From the NCBI RefSeq assembly GCF_036321535.1, contig NC_087436.1, positions 113,896,001 to 113,960,000 on the forward strand: a DNA stretch of 64,000 nucleotides, given 5' to 3'. The notes beneath the pieces were generated by a model. It had not been told where the DNA came from, did no database searches, and was given only the letters and a program-made list of their open reading frames with translations. Positions 1 to 13,175 of the stretch are shown in pieces (within the stretch, counting starts at the first letter, position 1; every line of letters begins with the position of its first letter). This DNA comes from Camelus dromedarius. Its lineage: Eukaryota. A program made the translations under genes and the position numbers.

Positions 1-544
1 TACCACTGAACCTCACCGTAAAAGATATTGAACAGGTCTGAGAGAGTCCATTTCTATGGAAATGTGGATGCAGGTGAAGAGTCGGAGTCATAAGGAGACG
101 CATCCTTGCAAAGAGATGTGAAAAGATAGCAAAGAGAGCAAGTGAGTGTGTCCAAACAGGACCCTTGTTCTAAGGAACTGAACCTTGAGAAATAAGAAAT
201 TTTGATTGATAAAGATTCGATTTTGCATTTAGTGCTAAAGCTTCAGGTTTATTACTCTGCAAAGTCCCTTATTTTTCCCAGGCTCACCGTCCTCATTTCT
301 GTGAGGTGGAGGAGGCAATGTCTCTGTCACCTACCTCATTGTGTGGGTACAGATCAAATAGCACCAGGAATGCGAAAACCACTTTGCAAAGTACAAACCC
401 CTGAGTGTCTAGACTTTTATAGAAGGATGGTAGGACTTGGATAGTAAGAGATTACAGAAAAATTATCAAGTGGAATTGAATAACTAATATGTGAGAGCAG
501 GTGATTGTAGGAAGAGAACTTGCATGTATTTTACATCATGATCC

Positions 545-712
545 ATGAGACACTTTGCATGCAGTATATCATGTAACCCTCACCACAACTCTGCAGGTAC
601 CACTGTTAATTCCTATTTTAGAGATGGAGAAACTGAGGCTTCCTGGTCTCTCCAAGGTGGCATAGTTAGGGTGTGGCACAGAACACAGTCAAACACAAAG
701 CCTGTCTAACTC
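545..712 (-). mobile_element. MIR SINE fragment
   Basis: Reverse MIR core: aaccctcaccacaactctgcagg...ttttagagatggagaaactgaggc...ccaagg. Confidence 0.8.
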
Positions 713-2115
713 TCCTAATCTGGTAAATAGCACAGCCCTGGTGAAGCTACAAGCCTATCTTTCTGAATGCATCTGTTCCAGAAAACGCTTGGGAACTGGT
801 TGGAAGGGATGCGATAATGGGTTTCAAGTGCTAGGAAAGAGGACTTTCACCTGATGTTTGGGAAATTTGTGTAGGGTTCTTGGCAGGACACATCTATCTG
901 TGTAAGGAGGATAATGTGCTGGAGGTTTGACAGCCTGCAGTGGGGAGGGATTCAGACTGGCAGAGAGCAGGCTTTAGCAAGTTGGTAAGAACTGACCTTG
1001 AAGTCTGATGTCTGCTTCAGCCAGTAATTTGGCTTTGGGCACCAGGAGAATGAGGCTCAGTGCACCTGTTTTGAAAGAGCTGCCGGGCAGGTAAGGTTCC
1101 CAGGGACTGAAAGTGGTGTGGGCATAGAAGCACACTCAGCTTGGTTGTCTTAAGTACTGAGGTCATGTGCTGATATTGAAATATTTACAGAACACTGTCT
1201 ACATAGAAGGTGCTCTTCTAGAGTCTGAAGATTAAAACAAGTCATAGACATGGGTCTGTCCATTAAATGGCCAGTGATGAAGACTGATAATAAAATGATA
1301 ATTTCAATGCACTCTGATGTGCTACAGAGAAGGAAAGCCCAGAACATTATTATTACTCAAACAAAACCAAAGCTCACCCCTGACTCATTGTGTGAAGACA
1401 GGTCACCACTATTCCCATACAAGCCTGAGACTGGGATGATCCCCATACATGAGCTAGGGTGTGCATGTACTGACATGCACAGAGTAATTGTCCCTTCTAA
1501 TTGAAAATGTGGCTACTGACAGTTTTATGTTCCTGACAGTCAACCAAAGTCAACGGGATTTCATGGTGAATTTATGGTAGCAGGCTCTGGGTCCTGGGTT
1601 AATAGCCTTCTGCTTCTGTAATAAGGGCCCATTAAAAAAAGGAGAAGGGAGGGCCTTCTAAACACAGCCTGATGTTTGAGCTCAGCTGCTGTGAGCTCTG
1701 GGGTATTAAATGCTTTCCTGGATTCAGAGTCTTGTTCCAAATGATATTTCCTTGAAGAGCAGTGGTAATCTCTTCTTCCTAAGTTATCTGGCCCAGAACC
1801 TAAACCTTGACTCATTATACCAGGGGCAGACCACTCACGGGTCTTTGGGGAAGACTCTTCAGTGATGCTTGGTGTTTGGCAAAATATTGGAAAATAAACT
1901 AGCAGCCCTGAGTCTACAGTCTGAGAAGTTGGAAAAATCAGTGCTGTCAAATTTCCAGCCACTGTGAGTAACTAAGTAAACAAGAAATGGAAATAGACTT
2001 CATTGTTGAGGGTCAAGTTTGCCACAAACAGCTTGTGGCAGCAAGACTTCACGGTACACATTATATTAACATGTGAATTTAATTAAAACGATGTCTATTT
2101 TTGCATGTAGTTAAA

Positions 2116-2305
2116 ATGCCAGACACTGTGCTAAAATGCATTTATTCTATTTAATCCTTAAGACAGATATATTGCTACCACCATTTAACAGCAAAGGAAA
2201 CAAATTTAGAGATGCTGAATTGATTTTTTCCCAAGAACAAAGTGCAGGCAGAACAAGGTTTTGAACCCTAATCTGTCTGATGCCAGAGTCTGGGCTCTTC
2301 TCTCA
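2116..2305 (-). mobile_element. MIR SINE fragment
   Basis: tgccagacactgtgctaa...tttaatcctt...ttttgaaccctaatctgtctgatgccagag, reverse MIR tail through head. Confidence 0.75.
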
Positions 2306-2650
2306 CTGTTAGATGCCCTTCTTCAAACCCCTGTTATGTTTCTGTTGTGTTGTTTTAGCTCCAGAATCTTTTATTCCATACCTTCTTATACCCAATTGAA
2401 CTGAAGATAGCTGTAATCACATAGAACTACTGAAAACCATCTTTCAAGCCACCTATTTGAATAGTTAGTTAATTGCCCTTCTCTCCCATCTCTGCCCTTT
2501 GTGGGGAAGAATATTCTTTGGATTATGAGCACACAGTATTCACTGTTTAACATTATATTCAAATACGGTTTTGAAAATAAAGATTAAAACCTGACCACAT
2601 GTGCATCATAGCCATAAGAAAGAAAGAGGTGGTGTATTCATGAATGCAAT

Positions 2651-2920
2651 AGATGTCCAGAATCCCTTATCTGACACTGGAGGAGCCTAATATGCATCAG
2701 GGCTTTTCCAAATTTTATCGTCTCTGATATTAAGCAGCTCTCCCAGCAGAGCCAGGAGCAGCACCACATAAATAAACATTAATATTTATGCAATGAAACC
2801 CATGAAAATTTCCACTACATGTCAGACCCAGAGGCTGTGAATTCCCTTTAAGTTCAGGTCAGGTCAGAGGTGCTAGAAGGTTAAGAAAAGTACACTTTTT
2901 TTTTCAAAGTTTTTATTTTC
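2651..2920. mobile_element. Tigger16-like non-autonomous DNA transposon
   Basis: gtccagaatcccttatctga terminus, gcagcaccacataaataaacattaatatttatgca and agttcaggtcagg internal motifs resemble the Tigger16b consensus. Confidence 0.6.
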
Positions 2921-3537
2921 ACCCCAAGACATCATCCAGTTTAATTTTCAGAAACACTCTCTGGCGGAGAACTCATTCTTTCTAGCGAGTACCTGATATC
3001 CTTTTAGCATCAAAAAGTAAAATCTCTTGCCCAACACTTCTTATCTCTAACTCGTATTAGGATGAGGTGTAGAATTCAGAGGCTGTGACTCCTAGTCTGG
3101 AGAGCATGTCTGTGCAGCAAAGGCCAGAGCAGGAACCTGGAGTCACACAGACCTGGATTATCTGCCCGTCCTGGGCAACGTGGAACAAGCAAGCCCAGTC
3201 TTCACTCCAGGCTCCCACATCTCAAAATGTACCTCAGCCTAGTACTGGGAGATGATGGTGCTGCAGGGTTCTGGGGGGGATCCTTCTGAGTGTCTCCCAC
3301 CTCACCTCTCTCTCGACGCTGCTCTGCCTCCCTTCTCTGATTTCTCCAGCTTTACAAATGCCTGAGTGCTGAAGTCTGCCTTGATCATCTGAATATGCCT
3401 TTTACTGTTTACAGAATTCCCTCTTGTCTTTTATTTTTTCCAGGGTCCCAGAAGTGGAAAGAATCAGAGAAAAGCACTGACCCATCAAGAACCTTGGCTC
3501 TGTCTTTTGTCCCCATCACTGTCCAGAATGTGATCTC

Positions 3538-3573
3538 AAAACAAAACAAAACAAAACAAACCACCACCACCAC
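3538..3573. repeat. (AAAAC)n followed by (CCA)n simple repeat
   Basis: Directly visible. Confidence 0.85.
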
Positions 3574-4023
3574 TGGCTGCAGCAGCCATCTGGTTTACCA
3601 GGTGTGAGAGTTGTGTGCCCTCCTTCCCTTTCAAGGAGGCAGCACATCTCAAAACATGTGATCAAAGTATAAAATCTTCCACTGAAATACAACGTTCTCA
3701 TTTATTCATTAATAAATATTTGTCATCTGTGTGGAAATTTCTGTGCTAGGGCCTATAAAATTATTATACTGAACTATATTGTTATGCTATGGAGGTAATA
3801 TAATATTACAGAAAATCTTGACTAGAGACCCACACCCCTTATAAAAAAGCCTGAATACACTGCTATTCCCACTCCTGTTACTTTTTGTTGTCTTCTTTCT
3901 ACATTGTCCTATGCATGCTTTTAACTATTTTTTTTAAATCAGAGAGGATATACAATGTTGTGATTTTTAAATATTTCTTTTAAAAACATTTCCCATGTGT
4001 GCTGTGGTGTGTTTTTAATGAAG

Positions 4024-4606
4024 GTAGCACAGTTGTTAAGAGTGTGACCTTGGATGGCAGATTGCTAAGCTCTGTTTGTGTCTCTCCCTAAATTCATATG
4101 TTGAAGCCCCAACCCCCAGTGAGACAGTATTGGGGCTGGGGCCATTAGGTAATTGGATGAGGTCATGAGGGGATTAACGTCCTTATAAGAAGAGGAAGAG
4201 AGGGCACAGCTATTTCTCTCTTTCTGTCCTTTGAGGATACAGTGAGAAAACGACCGTCTGCAAGCCAGGAAGAGGGCGCTCAGCGGGAACCACATTGTCT
4301 GGCACCTTGATCTTGGACTTCCCAGCCTCCAGAACGGTGAGAAATAAATGTCTGTTGTGTAAGCCACCAGTCTGTGGTATTTTCTTACAGAATCTTGAGC
4401 TGACTAAGACACGGACCACCAGCCTGTTCGCTGGGTAGACTTGGCCGAGTCACAGAGCTTTTCTGTGCTTTGTTATCCTCAGCTATACAATGGAGATCAT
4501 CGTAGCAGCTATCTCAGAGTTGTTATGAAGATGAACTGAGATACTACACATAAAGTGTTAGAAAGTGTTTGACGTGTAGTAAGGCCTCAATAAAGAATAG
4601 CTATTG
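4024..4606 (+). mobile_element. MIR interrupted by an MLT1A0 LTR
   Basis: MIR head gtagcacagttgttaagag at 4024; body and tail resume after 4412 (cttggccgagtcac...gtagtaaggcctcaataaa...agctatt). Confidence 0.75.
4063..4411 (+). mobile_element. MLT1A0-like MaLR solo LTR
   Basis: TG...CA ends; aaattcatatgttgaagcc, gtctgcaagccaggaagag, tcttggacttcccagcctccagaac, gagaaataaa, gagctgactaagaca; degenerate TSD cagat/cggac. Confidence 0.92.
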
Positions 4607-4633
4607 ACTGCTGATGGTTCCGTTTCTCCATCA

Positions 4634-4841
4634 TTTCTTTTTTTTTTAATTGAAGTGCAGCCAATTACAATGTGTCAATTTCTGGTGTACAGCACAATGT
4701 CCCCATCATGCATATACATGCATATATTCATTTTCATGAATTTTTCTCATTAAAGGTTATTATAAGATATTGAACATTGTTCCCTGTGCTATACAGAAGA
4801 AAAATTTAAAACCTATTTTTATATACAGTGGCTAACATTTG
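4634..4841 (-). mobile_element. 5'-truncated L1 3' end, camelid-type
   Basis: Poly-T then aattgaagtgcagccaattacaatgtgtcaatttctggtgtacagc...aagatattgaacattgttccctgtgctatacag. Confidence 0.85.
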
Positions 4842-5156
4842 AACAATCACAGCCATCTCACAAGCATTCTGTAAGAACAGAGGCCATGTGTGTAAGAGCC
4901 TAGGGCAGTGCACTGTGGACAGTAGGTGTGGAATTATGAAAAACATGAATCAAAATCTTTAAAAATATTTTAAAACCACTCAAACGGAGACATTTATTTG
5001 AGAATGCCTTTGAAATGCTCAAAATAACAGAAATTTAGTGTCAGACCTGAAAAGATCAAACCAATGGCCTTTGATTGTGTTGGCCCAGGGTGTTTTTCCC
5101 CTTTACTGTACGGACTTCTGCAGAGAAGTCTTTTAGACCACATGATGAGAAGGGTG

Positions 5157-5712
5157 GTGTTCCTGTTACTTCCTGATGTGTAACAAATTACCCCAAAACT
5201 TAGCCGCTTATAACACCATTTTAATATGTTCTCTGATCCCACAGGTTCGGAATATGGACAAGGCATAGAAGGGATGGCTGGTCTCTGCTCAGTAATAACT
5301 CAGGCTCCAGCTGAAAGGTTGAGCCTCTGGGGATGAATCAGTGACTGGGGCTGGAATCTTCTGAAGGTGTCTTTATTCATGGGTCTTGTGTTGGCTGAGA
5401 TCTCAGCTGGGGCTGAGACAGGAGCACTACACACTCAGTCTCTCCATGTGGTTTGGGCTTCCTCACAGCATGGCAGTCTCACAATAATGAGACTCCTTAC
5501 ATGGTGGCTTTGGAAGCCAAAACCAAATGTCTGTGTGTACCAGACAGAGCTGTATTACATTTCATGATCCGTCCTTGGACATTGCACAGCATCACTTTGC
5601 TGCATTCTGTTGGCTACATGTTAGTCACTAAAGTTGGCCCAGTGAAAAAGAGAAGAACACATAGCCCTCCCTTTTATAAGAAGTGTGTCAATGACATGTT
5701 TAAAACTGTTAT
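5157..5712 (-). mobile_element. MLT1H/G-like MaLR solo LTR
   Basis: gtgtaacaaattaccccaaaacttag, tctccatgtggtttgggcttcctcacagcatggcag, cagcatcactttgctgcattctgttgg. Confidence 0.8.
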
Positions 5713-6280
5713 TGAAGCTTTAGTCCTGAATTTGGCAGGGAACTGTTTATTGAACGAATGAAATTACAGGTCTTCTCCTGCCCAAAGTTTCAGTTAGCTT
5801 ATAAACGGTTCCTTAAGGCGAAGGACATTGTCTTAGTTAGACCTGCATCCCTTATTCTACTGAGGCCAGAGTCCTTATAGAGTCAATGATTAAATATTTT
5901 CTGATTTACACTGAGTACATTTGCCTTTGTTATTCCCTAATTGTGCTCCAGATATTTGTTACAATAAAGCCTATTGCACATATTATATTAAAATTATCTA
6001 TTTTTGCTGAATTTAATACTTCTCTTTGTTGTTGTCCCCTAACAATCATGTAATTTTATTTTTATAACTTGGTAAAATATTTCTTATATAAAACTTGCAT
6101 TTGACAACAACAATAATGATAATAATGACAATAACAAATCTTGTTCAAACAACGTAGCCTTATTTGGTCTCAGGAAGTGTGATCCCCTTTAGATTCACAA
6201 ATAAATAGTTTACTATAATTCAGTGACTCTTTTTCTCGGGAAACAAGAAAAGAAATCCTAGGCTAATAAATATAATGACA

Positions 6281-6810
6281 ATTCTAGTGAGCATTTATTG
6301 AATACTTACTTTGTACTAGGCATTGGGCTAAGCATTTTGCATGTGTTAGTTTGGGTCATGTGGCAAACAAGGATGCAGTCTCTGGAGGAAGATGGACCTG
6401 GTCTGACATTGAGCTCTGTCCCTTATTCACTGTACAATCAAGGGCAGGTGATTTCAACTCTCTAAATGTCACCAATAAAATAGGAAACAGATTATATGAA
6501 TGAATAGATATATAGCACTTAACACTGTGCCAGGCATCCCGCAAACTTTCAGTGGATGGGAGATTCTTTCTATTCCTTACAATAATCTTACTTTACACAG
6601 CTCACATTTGCTGAGTGCTTAATAAGTGCTAGGTTCTGTTACATGGGTCATTCCATTTACCAACTTATTTAATCTTTAACTCAACCTATGTTGTGAGAAC
6701 TGTTAACATCTCCATTTTACAGATATGGAGACTGAGTCTCAGAGAGACTAGTCTGCTCAAGGTCACAGTTTGTGGCAAAATTCAAATCCTACCTCTCTGG
6801 TTCTGAAATG
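6281..6810. mobile_element. Three adjacent MIR fragments (-, +, -)
   Basis: catttattgaatacttac (minus tail); tctggaggaagatggacctgg...cactgtgccaggca (plus); ccattttacagatatggagactgag...ctcaaggtcacag (minus). Confidence 0.75.
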
Positions 6811-6927
6811 AATTTTCCTGTGTTTAACACTCTTTGGAGACAGAAGAATGGTCCAGATGAACGGCCATTCCAGCATCCTGATTCTATAAATCTACATAAT
6901 GTTCTGCCTTTGATTGGATCAATTCAC

Positions 6928-6966
6928 TGCATTAGGATTCCTCACTGAAGCAGAAACAATAGACTG

Positions 6967-7029
<63 letters not shown>

Positions 7030-7387
7030 AAAGAGATTTATCTTAAGATGACTCACATGATTCTTGAGGCTGGAAAGTCCAAAATCTGTAGGGTGGACCA
7101 GCAAGGTAGAAACCCAGAATAAAGCTATGGCTGCAGTTTAAGTCTGAAGGCTTCTGCTGGCAAAATTCCCTCTTGTTCTGGGCAGGTAAGTCTGTTCTAT
7201 TCAGGCCTTCAACTAATTAGATGAGGCCCACCCAAATTATGGAGGGCAATCTGCTTTGCTCAATGTCTGCTGATTTAAATGTTAATCTCATTCAAAAACA
7301 CCCTCACAGAAGCGTTCATGATACTGTTTGATCACACGTCTGTGCACCATGGCTCAGCCAAGCTGACACATAAAATTAACCATCACA
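6928..7387 (-). mobile_element. MLT2C/D-like ERVL solo LTR
   Basis: TG...CA ends, perfect 5-bp TSD ttcac (6923-6927 and 7388-7392); gatgaggcccaccc, aatgttaatctcat, gacacataaaattaaccatcaca. Confidence 0.92.
6973..7026. repeat. (TA)27 microsatellite inside the MLT2 LTR
   Basis: Directly counted. Confidence 0.95.
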
Positions 7388-8757
7388 TTCACTATCAGGA
7401 TAGATGCTAATAATGAACATAAATCACTAATTATGAATAGGAAAAATAGTTATTTTAGGGGAAAAAGCAGAACTGGTGATACAGATGATGAATATATATT
7501 CTAATTGCTTTTTTTCTGTCAGTTCATTGAATATTGGAAAAAATAAAAGAATACATTCAACAGAAAAGAATAACAGCAAAAAAAAATCATTATTTGGTAT
7601 AAATATAAAGCCATTTATAACCTTAACCAACTCAATGCCTTTTGTTAATAAAAAGGTAGTAGAAAGTGTGAGTGGTAAGGGTGTCTCTTACTGTCGTGAA
7701 TTCAGAGTGCCTCAATACAGCAGGGCAGTGTCTGTGCCCAGCAGCCTCAGAACAGGAAGAGGGCAAGGCCTTCCTACACTTGGCACCACAAATAGATCCA
7801 GACATGCAGAATGTAGTCTCTAGGTTATGCAGTCAAAGCTAGCAATCACTGAACATTTGGGAAGTTCAAAGCCCAGTAAAATCATAGTCATGAGTCTCCT
7901 GATGGTTTTCATGGAAGTTCAACACTGGTCACCAAGCCTCAGAATGGTTCCTCTTGCCCTCTGACATTCATGGGTAGACTTAGTGGTTATTTACTTTGGC
8001 TTATTGGCTGGGAATCATCCAATCAACAGCATAAACAGCAGAACTCAGGCAGTGAGAAGAGGGGTTCATGAGGTACCTAAAACAGCTGTAGGGGTTCAAG
8101 TTCCTTTGGGTAACAGGAGACAAGGCTTCTCCTAAGAACACTTTAACAATGGAAGTATTTTTTCTAAATTTCCTACAGTTTAATACATGCTGGGATGTAT
8201 ATAGTACGAAGAAATCCCATGTAATTTGTGGGGCTACTATTTGCAGCCAAATACCCAGTAGAAGATAAAGGAAGTACTGGATGCATCTGTTTTGGGGGTT
8301 GGGTGGGACTGATTCACCTCTGTGAGATGGGAAAGGCTGCAGAGAGTTGAAATAATTGAACATAACTTCATAAATTCAGGGCAGTATATGTGAAAAGAAT
8401 ATTCTCAATACAACCAAGTGAGCTGCAGGAACATGACATTTGGATTTGCCTGAAGCTTTAGGGCATTCTACTCAGGACTTGCCTAAAAAATCAAAATTTC
8501 CTTCAGGTATGCTACATGTGATAGAAACATTACATTGGAGCCCTGTATAAATCTCAATATTTGGCAACCAAATTAAAGCTTCTATAGTCTCTCCACCAAC
8601 CAGGCAGGAAAAAGAAATGATGTGAAGCACTTGGTATACATGACTTGATTTAATCATCCTAACAGCATTTGACAAGAGTTCTCACTCCTAAGTTATATGG
8701 ATATATAAGCCACAGTTTTAGAAGGTCTACCTAAAGGTCCTTAGGCCACATTAACGA

Positions 8758-8822
8758 TTATGCTGTACACCAGGAATTGACACAACATTGTAAACTGATT
8801 ACACTTTAATAAAAAAAGAAAA
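8758..8822 (+). mobile_element. Very short L1 3' tail
   Basis: tatgctgtacaccaggaattgacacaacattgtaaactgattacactttaataaaaaaa. Confidence 0.8.
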
Positions 8823-10297
8823 TTAAAGAAGCAGTATATATATTCAGAAGTATTTTTAATGGATGAATGGGTGGATTGGTGGGTGGGTTAGTGAGTTCTC
8901 AGTTATTTGCTTTATTTGAATCCTGCAGTGTACATGACAGATTCTTTGACTCTACCTGAAGAGGGGATAAAGAATAGTGAAGGTGTGTTCAAAACAAATC
9001 TTGGAAAGCTGTATAATCTTTAGAAATGTATTGACTGTCAAATTTATAGCTGAAGTGGCCAGCCAAATGAAAGAGAGAGTGTGACAATAAAGATATTAGA
9101 ATGAAACGATCTATTTCTGTGAGTTGCAAGAGACCATATAACTCACAAGTAATGCTGAAGTCTGTATATTTCTGGAGATTCATGCTGTATTGTATCATGG
9201 GGAATGGCTCATGATTCATTTTCTGGGCTTCCTTTGGTATGCTTAGCCTGAACATTTCAGCATAAAATTTCTTTTCTCTTTGCAGAAATGGAAATGCAAC
9301 ATGATTTTTTGGCAGCAGATTTGTCTGTGTCGGAATAACAGTGTTTGGATACTTGCCTCTGTTTGACAAATGTCAACAGTGACAGGCAGGCAGTGAGGAC
9401 ACCTATACTGATGTCACTCCGCCACCTCACCATGCTCCCAATTTCTGGCAGAGTCCAATGGTCACCCAGTAATACATCAGAACCCCAAAACGACACTAGA
9501 AATACATATCCTGATATTTCCTAAGATGCAGAAGTAAATAATTATTATAGAAGGACTTAATGGCCAAAAGAAAAAAAAATCCTTTCAAAGCTCACAACCA
9601 AAAGGAATTATTTTTAATAAGTTGATAAATTATTCTTACATCTATATAGTAGGGGCTGCATACACTGTTCTAGCTCAGTATTCACACGTTTGCTCAGCTC
9701 AGGGCCCTCCCCACCTGGCCCGCAGGCTCAAGGACAACAATGGAGGTGTGCTCACCACCACCAGGCATAAGGCTTCTGGTGAGCTGACAGATGTGCTGAT
9801 GCAATGAGGCAAGGAGTCCACATGGGGCAGCCAACCAGGACTGAGCGTGGTCCCCTGACACTGCTGGCTGTCACTCCTGCTTGACCATGAGATAAAGCAA
9901 CTTGGAGGAAGGCCACAATCATGATCTTCCTTTATTTTTAAAGGCATTCCATCTTATAAATAGGTCATAATTTATTTTAATAATACAATTTTTGGGTCAC
10001 TTAACCTATTTTTTTCTTCATGTCAGGTAACATTTTACCTTTGAAAATCACCTAGTCTCCACTGGAGTGACCTAGCCCATTATGATCTTAAAAAAAGACT
10101 GGCCTCGGAAACTCCATCTCATGACGTGTGGGAAGCCCACTGTCCCTCCCTCAGCAGTCAGTGTCTATGAATTTGTAGGATGCTGAATGCCTCAGTGCAC
10201 CTCTGGGTTTATACTCTTCCTGAAGGCTTTCACGTTTGTGTCTTCTCATCTTCTTTCATGTGCTAAGACAGCAACATGGACCATCTTCACTTTCATT

Positions 10298-10317
10298 TGT
10301 GTGTGTGTGTGTGTACA

Positions 10318-10357
<40 letters not shown>
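10298..10357. repeat. Compound (TG)n/(TA)n microsatellite
   Basis: Directly visible. Confidence 0.9.
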
Positions 10358-10834
10358 ATTTTGCAAGTAGGCATATAGACTTTCTAATCATGGAATAGTG
10401 ATTTTTTTTTTAATTTCAAAAAAATTTGCAGTCCTCTGTCATGTTTTCTCTCTGATGTCCCTTACTTTCTTTGGAGATGATCAAAGGCTCCCATTTTCCT
10501 TCCCTGTGTCTCAGAGTAGTGTTCATTTTACCTGGCTCCTTTATTTTTAAATCTTATGACTATCCATAAAATGTTCCTCTTTCTAGAACTGAACCCCAGA
10601 TCACCAGACAGAACAATAGGTCTCACTCATCTCAGGGTGTGCAGAGTTTCCCAATGAAAAGGAAATGGATTAAAATCATAGCAAAAATTATGGCATTTAT
10701 CAAAATGCTTAACCACGAGTACCTTTTTTTCTCATTCGTAAAATGAAGCTAGTCAAATAGTGTAATAATGATCATATAAATTAAAGAAACTGTAGCATTT
10801 TTGATATTTAGGTACGCAATAAATCTTGGCGCTG

Positions 10835-10995
10835 TAGAAAAAGAATAGCTTTGCTTTGAATTTTGTGACCTTGAGCAAATTACATAACTTCTCTAAAGTC
10901 TCAGCTTCTCACACTTCAAGCAGGATTAGACTGACTAACCCCTGTGGGGATTCATGAATATGCATAGACGTCAGGTGAAGTGCCCAGTCCTTAAC
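10835..10995 (+). mobile_element. MIR fragment
   Basis: tgtgaccttgagcaaattacataacttctctaaagtctcagcttc. Confidence 0.7.
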
Positions 10996-12699
10996 TATTC
11001 AGATGAAATTTGCTTGAACTCCATTGTCATGTGCTATGAGACACCCATCTGCACATGATTCAATCATTCAGCTGTGCTGGGACTTCCCTGGGGTGCAGTG
11101 AGGGTGGGGAAGCAAATGCTTCCCTGGTCACATTTATTCTCCCATTAAATGAGTTCTACCAATCCATGATCTCATTGTCCCTTTCATGTTAACACATTCC
11201 ACACAATCCTTTTTCTTTGACCTGCTCCTGACTCAACAAATCCTAACTTAACAAAGTTTGTGGGTACATGGCTGACTTTACTGACCTTTTAGAGATACAC
11301 CAGAGGGATTATACAGAAACCTGGGGCTTTGTTTACTGTCTGTTAAAGACATCAGCCTTCCATCTCACTGTCTGTCCCCTCCAGTGCCTGTGGTCTCCAG
11401 GAAGCTTAATTCTTTCTCTCCTTATTGTGCTTGCAATATAATGGGCCATCTTGCCCTGGGTTTGCCCTTCAGAGGCATAGTAGTTCTGGCATGAATTCCA
11501 TATGTCTGTCCCTTTTATCTGCCCCTCCTTTCTCTGTCAAGAAGAGGAGGTGCTAAGATTTGTGTCCCCACTACTTTGCCACCTCCCTGCACGGCAGAAG
11601 TTGCTACTGCCAGTTTTGGCTTGAATTATCACCTCTTTCCTAGCCCTCCTTTCCCTCCTATAAAGCATCTTAAACTCAGTAGCTTCTTAATGTGGATTGG
11701 AGGTTGGGTAGATTCAAGATGGGACAATGCGGATGGAGAGTATGGTCAGGTCAGAAGGAAATGAATAATACTGAAGAAAAAGTATAAAGCTGATGTGACA
11801 AAAGATAGGTTCCCAGGCCAGGTGATAATATTCCTGTACATCCCACCCAAGTACTCTTACTACTGAGTATGAAAAGCATAAAACCCCACTCTCTAAGCCT
11901 GGGTAGCTGCCCTCCCTGTGGATACAAAGCCCTTCCATGGTCCCCTTCCACATACCCTGGGACCTGTGAGTTAGGAGAATCTCTCTCTTTCCTAGGTAGA
12001 AACACAGATACAGGAATGCAATGATTTCAGAGGGTTTATTTTAGAAACAGAAAACAGCTTCCTAATGACAGGCTGGTTGGATGGAATTATATCTCATTGG
12101 TTTTGCTGGCAGATCACCCTCTGCTGAACTGTTCTGTCATTTTGTTGTCTGTTGAGGAGACAACAAAATGTTGGTGAGCAGCTGGTGGCAGAACTATGTT
12201 TTACGCACAAAATATGGGAGAAAATTCTGGCCCAGTGTTATAACTGCCTCACTGGATGGAGGTGGGAGAATGAGCTGTGTGCTTATCTGAATTAAATGTG
12301 TTTTCTCCACTCCTCGTTCAGCAGGTTCAACTGCGGTCGGTGGGAATCGGTGTTGGGCACCCTTTATGCATTTTAGGTGGGGTTGTGTAAAAATGTAGCT
12401 CTGAGCTCTCTGGAAAGTCATAGTCAGCCTGGAGTCTAGAAAGACTGTGGTGAATCTTCATTTATCTGCAAGGAGTTAAGGCTCCCCAGGGAAGTGGGTC
12501 AAGACAGTGGGCATATTGGTAGAAAAGAGACACTTGAGAGACTGGGGAGGATGCCCAGCAACAGGGCTTGGGAGGACATTCAAGTGAACAAAACACAGTA
12601 GAGTAAAGACTTTTACACCCAGGTTTTGATTCCTTTTGTAAAACATGGTATCTAATAGCCAAGGTGCAATGATTTCAAGAGGTGATTAGATAACTGTCT

Positions 12700-13175
12700 A
12701 GCACAGTATGTTATTTTGCTTTAATCACTTGGGTCGTATATTTCTTAAGAGTTATATGTGCTTGTTTTCTAAACCATTCATGGCAATTGTACTTCTGTGC
12801 TAATTACATCATACAATGAATATTATCAAAACTAGTATAAACGGCTATAAAAAGAAAATTATTATTCTTTTGAAAATTCACTTGAAATACTTGTCAAAGA
12901 TGACTAACTAAAAGCATTCATATTGAATGTGCTGCAAGCAAGTTAACCTAAAGTTTGGGGAAAATCACAAAAACCAACATAATCTACTCTCAGATTGATT
13001 TGCAAGTGTGTACAAGATATTACTCCACTTGAAAGAAATGGGAGTTAGAAACGGAAAACAAGTCGTTATGGGTGTGTTTTTTTCCAAGACAGAATAAATA
13101 GAACACCAATCCCAATATTCATGTTCAAAGATAAGACCTTGACCTTAAACCAAAAGACTGGCAAACAAACATGCG
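12700..13175 (+). mobile_element. Tigger13a-like DNA transposon fossil with decayed CENP-B-type HTH coding segment
   Basis: About 13027-13162 reads, with a stop and frameshifts, T*KKWELETENKSLWVCF/FQDRINRTPIPIFMFKDKTLTLNQKTG, matching the Tigger/pogo pattern LW.WF.Q.R...TPI......KAL.L.QK.G. Confidence 0.75.

Noticed and set aside
1561..1962. 133-aa minus-strand ORF
   Set aside because: No recognisable domain, no canonical ATG start and no convincing splice boundaries
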